Source: Eledone cirrhosa
Lineage: Eukaryota
Assembly: GCA_964016885.1 (NCBI GenBank)
Contig: OZ024744.1
Location: 82,212,001 to 82,276,000 of the forward strand
Direction: 5' to 3'
Length of the DNA: 64,000 nt
Shown: one piece after another, positions 1-13,739 of the stretch
Numbering within the stretch: the stretch's first letter is position 1
Layout of the letters: every line of letters starts with the position of its first letter
Notes under the pieces: generated by a model
Told to the model about the DNA's origin: nothing
What the model saw: only the letters and a program-made list of their open reading frames with translations
Databases searched by the model: none
Program-made: the position numbers and the translations under genes

Positions 1-194
1 GAGAGATAACACTATTAAGATGAGCTAATGGAAATATAGTCAATGTAGATAGATTGATGTGAATCTGTCCTTTAAAATCAACTTGTGGAAGGAGCATGCC
101 TGCTTGGGTATTATTAAACCCGAGTAACATATTTAAATTAGTTGGCATGACGTAGAGAAGTCATCAACACACACATGCTCATACATACATGCAT

Positions 195-226
<32 letters not shown>

Positions 227-415
227 ACACACACACATATATATATATATATGGGATAACCAGTTATCATTATAGGTAATCCAGTTAGAGATTGTGAGTA
301 CTCTGCGTCGTGAATAGTTTTAACGTAGGCATTGTTTGACTCAACAAGATGCTTCCATAGTTATGCAGCGAGTTCGCGGTAATTTCTATGCAGGTTATAC
401 TTGGAGTAATAATAC

Positions 416-1678
416 TTAAAGAATGAAAAGTAATATGGTTGGCTGTACAATAAGGGGCTTTATTTAAAGTACTGACAATTGTTTCGTTGCTCAGGTGAGT
501 CTAGAGTTCGCTAATCGCTTGAGATTGCGTCAATCAATCTCCAATACATTATTTACCTCTCCAATACATTAGTTCCACGGCTGGGGAGTTGAAGAAAATG
601 TAGTACGTGCACAGACACTCCATGAAGAACCGTGGACTGGAGAACTCTACGACGCTCGCCAATAAAATCTGGAAGCTTAAGGACAAAAACCTAGAATATA
701 AGATTAGCTGGTCAAAATTATCGGTAGCAAGAGCCTACAGCAGCAGAATGTCCCACTGCGGACTTTGTAATTTAGAACAACTACATATTTTAAGGTACCA
801 TGGGATGCTGCTTAACAGCAAAATAGAAAGATCAATTTTCTGTAGGCATAAAATAGCTACTAGATTCACAAATTTCAAACCTCCATGATTTGAACCAGCA
901 ATCCCAAAATTAGTACTGAACCACCTAGATTTTAACATATAGAATAGCACCATCGCACTGCTATTAGCTGTCAAACGCCCAACTGGTCACTGGATCATAA
1001 ATTTCTGAACATTTCTTTCAACCTCTCTCCCTGAAACAGCATCAACCCCATTAAGATAGAACAATCAGCAAAACATTTACAACAAGCGTTTATCAAATAT
1101 CCCGTCATCCCTAGCCCCTAAATCTCATACATGTATCCACCAATTAATCTCTAATTTATTGTTTTTTCTTTTATCTGTCACTACATCGGACCCTCTACAC
1201 GTATCTATGTACATCTCGAATCTGGTTTCTCATGTTACCACTAAACCCACCAACGAATCCTTATAAGAATACTTACTCAAACATTACTACTAACATAGTA
1301 TGTACTTACAGGCTCTCACCTATTTCTTTCTTTATATTTTCCATTTTCTCATTTTCTTATTTTTTAATGTACCCTATTTTATATTTTACTTTTTACTTTT
1401 TACATCTGTAACTTCTCTACCTATTTACCACATATGTTTTATTATTGATGTTATTGTTTTTATTATACGCTATTTTTCTATATAGGTCTTGCCTCGAGTG
1501 GATTACTTTCATATCTACGTACTCTGATATGTTGACCAGACGTAAATAATGTATTGGAGATTGAATGACGCAACCTCGAGCGACTAGCGAATTCTAGACT
1601 AACCTGTTCAACGAAACAATTGTCAGTACTTTAAATAAAGCCCTTATTGTACAGTCAACCATGACACTCTTCATTCTT

Positions 1679-1681
<3 letters not shown>
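416..1681 (+). mobile_element. Penelope-like element (PLE), 5'-truncated, with inverted pseudo-LTR
   Basis: ORF 607-888 resembles the C-terminal part of a Penelope GIY-YIG endonuclease (STTLANKIWKLK..ISWSKL..CGLCNLE..LLNSKIE..CRHK). 416-556 is an inverted copy of 1545-1681. Confidence 0.85.
1519..1629 (+). ncRNA. Degenerate type-I hammerhead ribozyme in the PLE pseudo-LTR, with long stem II
   Basis: GTACT-CTGAT(-)AT-GTTGACCAG...CTGTTCAAC-GAAA-CAATTG-TC-AGTAC. Stems I and II pair and stem III is palindromic; core G8 is missing. Confidence 0.65.
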
Positions 1682-1760
<79 letters not shown>

Positions 1761-1761
1761 T

Positions 1762-1920
1762 ACATGGACACACTGGAAGAGGAAGACCAAGGTTAACGTA
1801 TGTTGATGCCCTAAGGAGAGACACTGGTCTGTTGGAGACGCAGGACATGGCAGCGATAATGAGGGACAGAGACCGCTGGAGAGAACTCGTCCATTGATCT
1901 CGGGAATTTTACCCGCCCTA
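1762..1920 (+). mobile_element. 3' end fragment of RTE-clade LINE
   Basis: Near-identical to 9982-10126 (catggacacactggaagag...gttgatgccctaagga...ccgcccta). Confidence 0.85.
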
Positions 1921-2282
1921 AAATAGAATATATATATACGGTATATATATATATATTAAAATAACAGATTAAAGTAAAGTTTAAGCAAAGAATCGCTGCT
2001 TTCACCCTTAACGGGATCTTCTGAAACTAAAAAAAATTAATCTGTGGACTCAGAAGTAAATATTTCGAAAAACGTTACAACCGAAGCAAAACAGGAAGAC
2101 GATACTCTGGTTCGTGAAGACGTTCCCTGGCAATGAACGGAAAAAACAAAGATAATACGTCGTTATGTGGTGCGGTGAGAACAATTACAAGCAAAGACAA
2201 AACCACGTTTATGGTATAAATGGAGTCATTAGACTAATATCTATTTAGGAAACCGAATAATTCTCGGCTTCGGAGTTAAGAA

Positions 2283-2358
2283 TAATTGTTTCTACTTTTT
2301 AGCACATGGCCAGCAATTACACAGTGCATTACTGGTACTTTATTTTATCGACCCCGTA
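2283..2358 (-). mobile_element. SINE 3' fragment inserted in PLE pseudo-LTR
   Basis: ctggtactttattttatcgacccc motif shared with full SINE copies. Confidence 0.8.
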
Positions 2359-4149
2359 GTTAAGAATAATGTAAATTAGAACGAAAATGACAGAGGTTAC
2401 TAAAATCATAAAAGTAATAATAATTAAATATATACATACTCACATCTATATACGTACATATACGTGCATACGCGAAAACACACGCCATGCATGCACCTAC
2501 ACATAAAGACACGCACACATACGTAAACCCACGCGACAAATGTACACATACGAACGTATACACTAAATACACATATAAAAATATATGTGCGTGTGTGTAT
2601 ACATATAATTATATAAACGTATATAAATATACACACATAAATACGTATATAACGCACACACATACCTACAGGTAAATACACATATGTTCACCAACCGTAC
2701 ATATACCAAAATCCAAAGTACACATATACACATCTTACATACGTGCAAACACGCATACACGCATACAAATAAACACGCACAAACATGAAATACACATATA
2801 CACATAACCATATACACACATACCAGTATATATATAATATACACCTATAACAAATACAAGCATATATACGTATGAGAAAGTATACGTACCTTCACAAAAC
2901 ATACGGGTAAGGTAAACTTACCTATACAAATAAGTAATAGTATAAACATAAAATATACTTAGCTACCACATCAAGACGTAAATTATCCGCGTATTGTTCG
3001 TACTATCCGTTAGGGTATAATGTGGGGCTGTAATACAGGAAAGTTTTATGCAATTTGTGTTTACAAGCCGAAATTGCCTCAGATTTTTTTGTTTAAGATG
3101 TGATCATTGGCGTAGAGTATTTCCGGGTCTTCAGCGACGCAAAGATCGCATGGTCTTTTATTTCCATTATACGATCTAGTTTTAGCTAGGATCACCCAGT
3201 GTAACCTATATTGGGTGTGGTTGTCTTTTAGACTCCAGATATAAGCTGAAAGTGACGTCATATTCCTTCTTAAAGGGTTAAGAAAAGAATGGGTGTGCAT
3301 GTAAAGACACTGCTTGAATCTATTGGCGGTTAACCCTATGTAGGCCCTACGGGACGTGGGTGTTTCGACTTTACATTTGTAGACAATGTTACTGGAGAGG
3401 CATTTCCCGGATAGAAGGCAACCCGATTCCTACAATTACAGTTAGTATTAGCTACAGGGTTGCATGTGTTACTACGGCTAGGTAATTTAACTAATTTTGA
3501 AGCAGTGATGTTATGTGCAAGGTTAGGTGTCGTAGAGTAAGATATTTTAATGGTATTTCTATTAAAAATATTATTATATTTATGTGCTGAGGGGAAATGC
3601 TTCTTAATAAGGGAGAGAAAGATCTTAGCTAATGATGTGGCCACCTCCATATTATATGGTGGGTTATACCATATAATGCGTCGGGATCTATTTTTCCTAG
3701 GTTTATGCTCATACTTAGTATATACTACCTTATCGACAAATCCACTCCGAGCAAGACCTTCATTGTAATATGTGGAATGGTCGTTGAAAATATGCTCGTT
3801 TGTAGATAGACGGGAAAACCTCAAAGAAACGTTTCTTACCAGGTTCTTGGTTATGCTGGCAGGATGGTTAGAATGCTTGCTAATGTAATTAAGCGTAACA
3901 TTTGGCTTTCTATAAGGGTAGTGCAAGCCATTTGACAAATTGAGGGTAACGTATGGAGAGATTGAAGCCTTTAAGGTTGAGGGCTGTGAGTTCTTTGTGC
4001 GAGTACATGTGTCGCGCGGGTTTAGGTACGTGTGCGCGTGTTTATGTGTAGCTGCATGTACATACATGCATGGCGTGTGTTTTCGTGTATGCACGTGTAT
4101 GTACGTATATAGATGTGTGTATGTATATATTTAATTATTATTACTTTTT

Positions 4150-4320
4150 GAATTGGCAGTATCAGTAGAGGGTTGGACGCCATGTTTTCTAGCATAGTTA
4201 CGTCCCTTTATGGTTCAAATCCGGTCGAGGTTAACTTTGCCTTACATCCTTACGGGGTCGATAAAATAAAGTAATGTACTGGGTAAGTACTGGCCTTGTG
4301 CCAGACGTAGAAACAATTAT
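4150..4320 (+). mobile_element. tRNA-derived SINE
   Basis: A-box-like TGGCAGTATCAG, B-box GGTTCAAATCC, core GCCTTACATCCTTACGGGGTCGATAAAATAAAGTA. Confidence 0.85.
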
Positions 4321-5243
4321 TACTTTTATGATTTTAATAACCTCTGTCATTTTAGTTCTACTAAATTATTTACATTATTCTTAACTGCGAAGCCGAAAAT
4401 CATTCGGTTTCCTAAATAGAATATTAGTCTAATGACTCCATTTATACCATAAACGTGGTTTTATCTTTGCGTGTATTTGTTCGCAACGCTACACATAACG
4501 ACGTACTATCTTCGCTATATTCCGTTCATTGCCAGGGAACGTCTTCACGAACCAAAGTATCGTCTTCCTGTTTTCCTTCAGTTGCAACGTTTTTCGAAAT
4601 ATTTACTACTGCGTTCACAGATTGATTTTTTTAGTTTGAGAAGATCCCGTTAAGGGTGAAAGCAGTGATTCTTTGCTTAAACTTTAATCTGTTATTTTAA
4701 TAAATATTTACTCTAGGGTTCTTATATATTTGATATATATTTATCCTTATCGAGCCCTCTTTGGATTTTCGTCTTCACATTTATTATTATTACTATATAT
4801 ATATATATACATGTATGTATATATATATATATTTATATAATATGTAGAAAAGATAACACACGAGAGAGTGTGTGTTTATCAATGTACAGGGAAAAACCAC
4901 CAGTGTATGGAATCTATAAACTAAGAAAGGTGAGGGAGACGCATAATAATAAAAAATATAAATTAGAATGAATTTACAAACCTTTATAACTATATATCAC
5001 ACACGTACAAACCCAAAGAGATTTGTTTCGCCAAAAGATTAGTGAATGGAATGAAACACCCAGGTTCATCAGCGTGTCGTAAGTGGATAGATTCCAGACA
5101 ACTCTAAGGGAACGTAAGAGAACTTGCAACACGTGGTAGAGAGAAGTGAATGTGTGCTAGAGACAGTAAATTAGTGACCTGGGTGGGATGAGCGGCTAGA
5201 AATCGCAGCCCCAAACCACTCAAATAAGGGAGCTCTACCAAAC

Positions 5244-5336
<93 letters not shown>

Positions 5337-5992
5337 AGATTGTTATTAGGAGCAATATATCAAAATAAATTAACGGAGTAATAAACTCGCGTTAGTTCCT
5401 GTAATTTATGAGTTGAAAGGAAAAAGAATCCTGGACACTTCAAATATAATATGTAGAAAAGATAACATACGATATATATATATATATATATATACATCAA
5501 CCATCACTCCGTTACGCAATCAGCTGTGCATCAACATACAATCAAATAAACCCTTAATTAACAACTTCCAACTATATGCCACCAAGAATAATGAAACAAG
5601 AAACAAACTCCATTATTCACACTCAGCCTCCTTATATAAATAAAATACTGCTAAGTTAACAAGAAACAGCAAATAAATGACTCGCCTAACGATTACAACT
5701 AGAACCAATTGAAACCAAAACCTCGTAATTACGTATTAACCAAATCAAAACCCTTCTCGAAATCAACAACTTACTTAACGAAGAAGTAAATCTGAACAAA
5801 ACTGAAATCAAATCAGAGCATAATGCCTTAAACAGACTCCTAACTTAACTATTAACTTAATTAGAAAAACTTAGGGACTAAACGAGGTCATAGGCCATAA
5901 TAAATACGTAAAACTAACATTCAGATATTAAACAACGTAAATAGAAAGAGATAACCTACCTGCATATATAAGCCTATATATCTTTAAAGCTA

Positions 5993-6176
5993 TAATTGTT
6001 TCTACATTAGGCACAAGGCCAGCAATTACCCAGTACATTACTGGTACTTTATTTTATCGACCCCCGTAAGGATGAAAGACAAAGTCAACCTCGGCGGGAT
6101 TTGAACTCAGATCATAAAGGGACGTAACTATGCTGGAGAGCATGGTGTCCGACCCTCTACCGATACTGCCAATCCA
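5993..6176 (-). mobile_element. tRNA-derived SINE
   Basis: Reverse complement of the SINE consensus (ggatttgaactc B box; cgatactgccaatcc 5' end). Confidence 0.9.
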
Positions 6177-6247
6177 AAGCTATAATGCTGTACATACGCT
6201 CATACATACACGCACGCACGCACACGCACACACAGACACACACGCAC

Positions 6248-6316
<69 letters not shown>

Positions 6317-6532
6317 CAGGGTGGATCAGAAAACCCTCACATTAAAATGTCGGAGGTATTTTTGTTGTACTATCTGTGTGTGTGGTTGTGTATGTGTACC
6401 CCCCCCCCCCCCACACACACATGCACACAGACGCACAGACACATATATATATCTATATATTGAAGTGCATATATATATGTATATATATTAATTCAAAATA
6501 TTAACAAAATAGATATTCTTGTGATAAAGTAT

Positions 6533-6600
6533 ATTTTATTATTATACATATTTCAGAGGTACTGAGTTAACTTCAACAGTACGTCCTCATCAGATAAAAT
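6533..6600 (-). ncRNA. Minimal type-I hammerhead ribozyme (family H, copy A)
   Basis: Minus strand: AUUUUAU-CUGAUGA-GGACGUACUG-loop12-CAGUACCUCU-GAAA-UAUGUA-UA-AUAA. Core intact. Confidence 0.85.
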
Positions 6601-6654
6601 ATGATGATGCATGACATACCCTGTCATAGTAGATGGTTAAGATTCAGTCATCTT

Positions 6655-6696
6655 ATTTTATCTGATGAGGACGTACTGAAATATGTATAGTAAAAT
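6655..6696 (+). ncRNA. Minimal type-I hammerhead ribozyme (family H, copy B; stem II shortened)
   Basis: AUUUUAU-CUGAUGA-GGACGUACU-GAAA-UAUGUA-UA-GUAAAAU. 7-bp stem I, core intact. Confidence 0.85.
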
Positions 6697-6850
6697 ATAC
6701 TTGATCACAAGAATATCTATTTTGTTAATATTTTGATTTAATATTAATAACTCTGGAAAACCATAAATGTTGAGTGCTTCCAATCTATTGTAAAACTCAT
6801 TCTTTGATTTATTCATTGAACCTTGTTTAACTTTTAAATATATGTATATG

Positions 6851-6916
<66 letters not shown>

Positions 6917-7445
6917 CTATGATGGCCGCAACTCGATTTCGAGTAATGCCATCGCTTGATACTTAAGCATGAGTATCACGTACGTGGCGTTTTAGTACTG
7001 TTAGGGACTTGCCTATGGCCAGCAATGCCATGCATCGCAAAAAATGTCACATATCAAGCAATGCCTGTGTTTCAAGCTTTTTTAAGTGAGGAAATGCTTT
7101 GCACTGGGCCAATCCCACTCTCTGAACACTGAATGCATTTGCCCAAAAACTGGTCTACATCATTGGTTGCAAACAAAGTCGCAGGTTTTATATCAGAGTG
7201 ACTTTCTTATAGAGAGACGTCTTAATGAAGACTAGGAGTCTCTTGCACTATATAAAAATAAAATAATAAAAATCGTTTTGGATGGCCGTTGACTCTGATG
7301 AGTTCCTCCACCCTTTGACGGGTTTTGTTTTTCATTCTGCCCTCATCAAGCAAGCTTGGTGGGGTTGCCAGTTTAGTCGCCGACGACCCGACCATGTAAA
7401 GGTTGAACTCAGTTACATGTTACCAGTAGCGCTGAAGAGTTACCT

Positions 7446-7617
<172 letters not shown>

Positions 7618-7701
7618 CTATGATGGCCGCAACTATATGTTTATATATATATATATACATATATACACAGAGACATATACGTACACGCACACACACACAT
7701 A

Positions 7702-8594
7702 CAGGGTGCGGTAGATATCTGTTCGCAAGATTACTGTCTAGGAAAAAGTAACACGGTAGTTTTATTTTTTAAGATTTATTTATCAAACTTGGGCCAGTTT
7801 GTTTTCATGACCTGTTCTTTCGATCTCACTCGATAAAGCCGCCATTGGCTTTGATGACGGCCTCAAGGCGGCCTCGGAACTGGCTACAGGCCTTCGTCAC
7901 TGTCCCCCAACTTAGGCCCCTAAAGGCACTTGTGATCCTGGCCTTCAGATCGTTTTTCGTATTGCAGCTAGATCTGTTGGTGCCTCGTTCCACTGCGCCA
8001 CACACAAAGTAGTTGAGGGGGTTGCAGTCAGGCGAGCTGGGAGGCCAGATGTCAGGTGAAGTGTGGTCGACGAAGTTCTCTGACAGCTAGGATTGGGTCT
8101 TTCGGCTGGTATGACAGGGCGCTGAGTCTTGCTGCCACACGTACGGCCTACCTGCAGCTACCTGGTCGATCCAGGGCTTTACTACCTCGCTCAGAACGCG
8201 GATGTAGCCATCGGTGTTCAGCTTGAGGCCCTCAGGGAAGAAGTGAGGTGGCATGACGTCACCTTGACTGCTGACGACACCTAAGACCAATGTTGTCGCT
8301 GGAAACTTTGTCTGCATGACTCTGGGCACGTCTTTGGATGAGACAGCGAACCACCTGTTGTTCTGAGAGTTGATCTTCTGGTCCTTATTTTTCCTCCTCG
8401 CGCGGATTCCAAGAAGAACTCCGTGTCTCTTCCACAAATTTGGAGGTTCAAAATTATTCATAATCAATTATTCTGAAAATAAATAATGGAAACATTGTCA
8501 CTGTTTTTATGAAGACAAGAATGACAACGGAAGTAAAAAAAATTTGCATAAAATTAGCAGTTGAAAATTGCAAACAAATATCGTCCCCACCCTG
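7702..8594 (-). mobile_element. Tc1/mariner DNA transposon, DD37D (maT)-type, internally deleted
   Basis: Imperfect TIRs CAGGGTG(C/G)GG..GATAT.TGTT.GCA at 7702 and 8594. Transposase remnant QQDSAPCH...*...WPPSSPDCNPLN(D)Y has 37 residues between the 2nd and 3rd catalytic positions; N-terminal part deleted, in-frame stop present. Confidence 0.9.
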
Positions 8595-8999
8595 GATATA
8601 TATATATGATATATGGTATAATTTATCCTATGACCTGCTTGTTTTGTGCAAAACAACAACAAAAAAGAAAGTCTGGATAAATTATGTTAAAGGTGAGAAT
8701 ATGTGTGTATGCATTTGTGTGACCAGCATGAAATCCCGTTAGAAATTGTGAAGGTTACCAAGAGTGTAACAAGGCTGGGCCTTTTGAATTACACGTGGAG
8801 TCCATCCGACGAGTTTCCAAACAATTTCACTTGCAAGGTAAGATTTAACCCGAATGCATGGCGAATGGTATGCATTAGAATTGAACTCAGGACTTGATGA
8901 GTGCGAAGCTAACTTCTTAATCATTTAATCGCGTTACGTCCACGAATAATCCCTCTAATAACTACACCCACACCTACACCGATACACATATAAACAACC

Positions 9000-10126
9000 A
9001 CCGGAAAATATTAGAGGGAGCTAGAGCAAAGTGCCTTCCTGCGGTCATGGTTTTCATTGACTTTAGAAAGGCCTTTGATTCTGTGGACCGTCACTGCCTG
9101 ATGAAGATCTTACAGGCTTATGGAATCCCCAAGAAGATAGTGGACCTGATATCACTGCTCTACTCCAACACCAAAGCCCAAGTCATTACACCTGATAGGA
9201 TGACATAGTTCTTTGAGATACTGGCTGGAGTGCTCCAGGGAGATACATTGGCTCCCTACCTTTTTATCATCGTAGTGGACTATTGTATGCGCCTTGCACT
9301 GGAGAAACACCAGGATTCTGGCTTTACTGTAGCACCGGCTCAGAGCAGGAGAGTTAAGGCGAAAAAGATATCGGATGCTGAATTTGCCGACGACATAGTT
9401 TTGGTGACAGACACAGTGGCGGAGACAGAGGATTTGATGCGGGAGGTTCAGACTGTGTCGATGAGTGTGGGGCTGAGAATGAATGAGACCAAAACAAAAT
9501 ATCTGGTAGAGAATGTTGAGAAGCCAGAGGGGATCACTAATGTAGGCGGGAAGCCTCTAGAATTGGTTGAGAACTTCCTGTATTTGGGAGCAAAGATTGG
9601 GAATACAGAAGATGATGTGGTCGAGAGAAAGAGAAACGCCTGGGCGGCATGCCACAGCTTGAGATCGGTGTAGAAGTCGGACCTTCGTAAAGACCTGAAG
9701 ATCCTCCCCTTCGTTGCTGTAGTGAAGTCTGTGCTGTTGTACGGGTCTGAGACTTGGACAGTGACCAAGAAATTCACTCAGATGGTGGATGGGTGCTACA
9801 TGACAATGCCGAGGATGGCTCTGAACATTAATCAGTATACACTGACGATGAAGAACATAGAGCTGTACGGGAGCCGCCCAAAAGTCAGCTCAAAAGTAGC
9901 ACATAGGAGACTGGGGTTAGCGGGACATGATCACCGACATCCAGAGTTTACACTCAGTCAGTGCTCCTGTGGGAACCCCTGCATGGACACACTGGAAGAG
10001 AAAAGACCGAAGTTAACATATGTTGATGCCCTAAGGACAGACACTGATCTGTTGGAGACGCAGGACATGGCAGTGATAATGAGGGAGAGAACTCGTCCAT
10101 GGATCTCAGAAATTTTACTCGCCCTA
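9000..10126 (+). mobile_element. RTE-clade LINE, 5'-truncated reverse transcriptase pseudogene
   Basis: FIDFRKAFDSVDR, GVLQGDTLAPYLFIIVVD, EFADD, FLYLG, SVLLYGSETWT, LAGH motifs; contains stops and frameshifts. Confidence 0.93.
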
Positions 10127-10129
10127 GAT

Positions 10130-10282
<153 letters not shown>

Positions 10283-10339
10283 ATTTGTTCGATAAGGATA
10301 AATATATATCAGATATATAAGAACCGTAGAGCAAATATT

Positions 10340-13113
10340 TATAAAAATAACAAATTAAAGTTTAAGCAAAGAATCGCTGCTTTCCCCCTTAACGGGATCT
10401 TCTGAAACTAAAAGAGTCAATCTGTGAACGCAGAAGTAAATACTTAAAAAAACGTTGCAACCGAAGGAAAACAGGAAGACGATACTTTGGTTCGTGGAAA
10501 CGTTCCCTTGCAAAGAACGGAAAAAAAAACGAAGATAATATGTCTCTATTTGGTGCTGTGAAAACAATTACACGCAAAGATAATACAACGTTTATGGTAT
10601 AAATGAAGTCGTAAACTAATATTCTATTAGGTGGTTCTTGGGGACGTTCTCTGGCAATGAACGGAAAAAACGAAGATAATACGTCAGGGACAGTGAGAAC
10701 AATTACACGCAAAGACAAAACCACTCACAGTGGTTAAGGATTTCGAAGTTGATGTCATCCTCCATGCCCGTAATTCGGTGATTAATTTCGACGACTCTAT
10801 TTGGATTAAACAATCTAATAGTACCCCATTCGACGTGAGTATGGGCGCCAGCGATTCTACGGAGATTACTGATCTTATCGGCCTTTTCCTTCTTTTCTCT
10901 ATCAAGGAAGAATTCCCCAGCGTGGGCGGTGGTTTGTACCGTGATGGCGGTCTTTTGACCATGACAAAGTGCGGCCCACGAGCTTGCGACAGGTTCAGAA
11001 AGGAACTCACAGCCTTCTTTAAAGGCTTCAACCTCTCCATACAGGTTGAGGCCAACCTCTCGGTCGTTAATTACCTCGACGTTACCCTCAATTTGTCGAA
11101 TGGCTTGCACTACCCGTATAGAAAACCGAATGATACGCTTAATTACATAAATAAGCACTCTAACCATCCTGCCACCATAACCAATAACCTGGTAAGAAAC
11201 GTCTCTTTGAGGCTTTCCCGTCTATCTACTAACGAGCATATTTTCAACGACCATTCCACATATTACAATGAAGGTCTTGTTCGGAGTGGATTTGTCGATA
11301 AGGTAGCTTATACAGAGTACGAGAATAGACTTAGGAAAAATAGATCCCGACGCATTATATGGTATAACCCACCATATATATATGGAGGTGGCCACACTAT
11401 TAGCTAAGACCTTTCTCTCCATTATTAAGAAGCATTTCCCCTCAGCACATAAATATAATAATATTTTTAATAGAAAAACCATTAAAATATCTTACTCTAC
11501 GACTCCTAACCTTGCACATAACATCACTGCTTCAAATTTAGCTAAATTAACTAGCCGTAGTAACACATGCAACCCTGTAGCTAATACTAACTGTAATTGT
11601 AGGAATCGGGTTGCCTTCTATCCGGGAAATGCCTCTCCAGTAACATTGTCTACAAATGTAAAGTCGAAACACCCACGTCCCGTAGGGCCTACATAGGGTT
11701 AACCGCCAATAGATTGAAGCAGCGTCTTTACATGCACACCCATTCTTTTCTTAACCCTTTTAGAAGGAATATGACGTCACTTTCAGCTTATATGTGGAGT
11801 CTAAAAGACAACCACACCCAATATAACTTACACTGGGATATCTTAGCTTAAGCTAGAACGTATAACGAAAATAAAAGACCATGTGACCTCTGCGCCGTCG
11901 AGGCACTGGAAATACTCTACGCCAAAGACCACCTCTTAAACAAAAAATCTGAGGCAATTTCGGCTTGTAAAAATAAATTGCACAAAACTTTCCTGTATTA
12001 CAACCCCACATTATACCCTAACGGATAGTACGAACTATACGCGGATATTTTACGTCTTGATGTGGTAGCTAAGTAGATGTTATGTTTATACCATTACTTA
12101 TTTGCATAGGTAAGTATATATTACCTGTATGTTTTGTGAAGGTACGTATATTTGCTTGTATATGTTATGACGTATATATTATATATACTGGTACATGTGC
12201 ATTTGGTTATGTGTATACGGGAGTTTTTGCGTCTATGTGAGTATGCGGGTTCGTGCGTATGTTGGGTGTGTGTATCTGTGTACTTTGTGTTTTGGTTGAC
12301 GTTCGTCCGGGAACATATATGTATTTACCTGTAGGTATGTGTGCGAACGCGTTATATACGTGTTTACGTGTGTATATTTATACGTTTATTCAATTATGTA
12401 TACACGCACACACACACATATATATATATATATTTATATATATTTTATCTGCATTTGGTGTATACATTCGTATGTGTGCGGGTACAGACGTTGCATGGGA
12501 TCTGTATGTGCGTGCGGGGTTTTCTTTTTTTTTTCGTGTACGTGCTTGTATTTGTATACCCATGGCGTGTGTTTTCGCATATGCTTGTGTATGTACGTAT
12601 TTGGATGCTTGTATATATATATTTAGTTTCAATTACCTCTGTATTTTATTTACTTTATTCTTAACTCTGAAGCCGAGAATCATCCGGTTTCTTAAATAGA
12701 ATTTTAGTATACGACTTCAGTTATACCATTTACGTCGTTTTGTCTTTGCGTGTAATTGTTCTCAACGTCCCACATAATGACGTATTAACTCCGTTTTTCT
12801 TCGTTCATTGCCAGAAAACGTCTCCATGAACCACCTAATAGAATATTAGTCTACGACTTCATTTATACCATAAACGTGGTTTTGTCTTTGCATGTAATTG
12901 TTTTCACCGCACCAAATAATGACGTATATCTTCGTTTTTTTCCCGTTCTTTGCAAGGGAACGTTTCCACGAACCAAAGTATCGTCTTTCTGTCTTCCTTC
13001 GGTTGCAATGTTTTTTGAAATATTTACTTCTGCGTTCACAGATTGACTTTTTTAGTTTCAGAAGATCCCGTTAAGGATGAAAGCAGCGATTTTTTGCTTA
13101 AAGTTTAATCTGT

Positions 13114-13118
<5 letters not shown>
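10340..13118 (+). mobile_element. Penelope-like element (RT + GIY-YIG), 5'-truncated, with inverted upstream pseudo-LTR
   Basis: ORFs 10730-11407 and 11382-11696: PFDVSMGASDSTEITDLIG, LYRDG (YRDD mutated), VNYLDVTLNL, then IVY...YIG in a shifted frame. 10340-10725 is an inverted copy of the 3' repeat at ~12700-13118. Same family as 1955-4705. Confidence 0.93.
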
Positions 13119-13190
<72 letters not shown>

Positions 13191-13473
13191 ATGGAATAGA
13201 ATGAAACGAAATTTCATTTCTCACTCTTAGTACGGCACTTAAATGTATCGTTCCTGTGTCAGTGTTGAGCAAAAGGTGACGTGGTTGCCTAAATACTGTA
13301 CAGCGTAATCCAGGCTGTTTATTTGTTTACAAAACAAACAAACCGAGCATTATAATAAATGTTCGGTAAACCGATACGTGCATATATATATGTGTGCATG
13401 TATGTATATATATACATACTACTGTACGTCTGTATTCATATATGTATGTACGTGTACATACATACATACTTAC

Positions 13474-13536
<63 letters not shown>

Positions 13537-13739
13537 ATATATGTATGTATATATATATGTATATATATACATGTATACATATATATATAGTTGTAGAACA
13601 CTGGAAGGTAATATCCGTAGTGGTAGAGCACTCAGTCCATGAGCCGACTTAGGTAGAAGTGGTTACACAACAGTTAGTTCACCATACCGAGAACAATTGA
13701 TTCACCTTACGGATCCTCAGTTCGTAATGGTCATGGATA

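Larger units (their letters stand above)
1955..4705 (-). mobile_element. Penelope-like element, 5'-truncated, with inverted 3'UTR/pseudo-LTR copy
   Basis: Minus-strand ORFs 3336-4094 and 3079-3300 carry the RT thumb/linker (YRKPN..YI..HSNHP, IIWYNPPYN, KISYS) and the GIY-YIG C-terminus. ~1955-2545 and ~3990-4705 are inverted copies, each interrupted by a SINE. Confidence 0.9.

Noticed and set aside
6316-6345. Mariner-like TIR TACAGGGTGGATCAGAAA
   Set aside because: Single end with no partner TIR; too short to call an element.
7293-7365. CTGATGAG as a hammerhead core
   Set aside because: No paired stem II followed by GAAA-stem III-UH.
13055-13100. CAGAAGA-UCCC-GUUAA-GG(G/A)U-GAAAGCAGCG in the main PLE pseudo-LTR as a hammerhead
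   Set aside because: No copy has CUGA, there is no UH at the expected position, and stem I has no partner.
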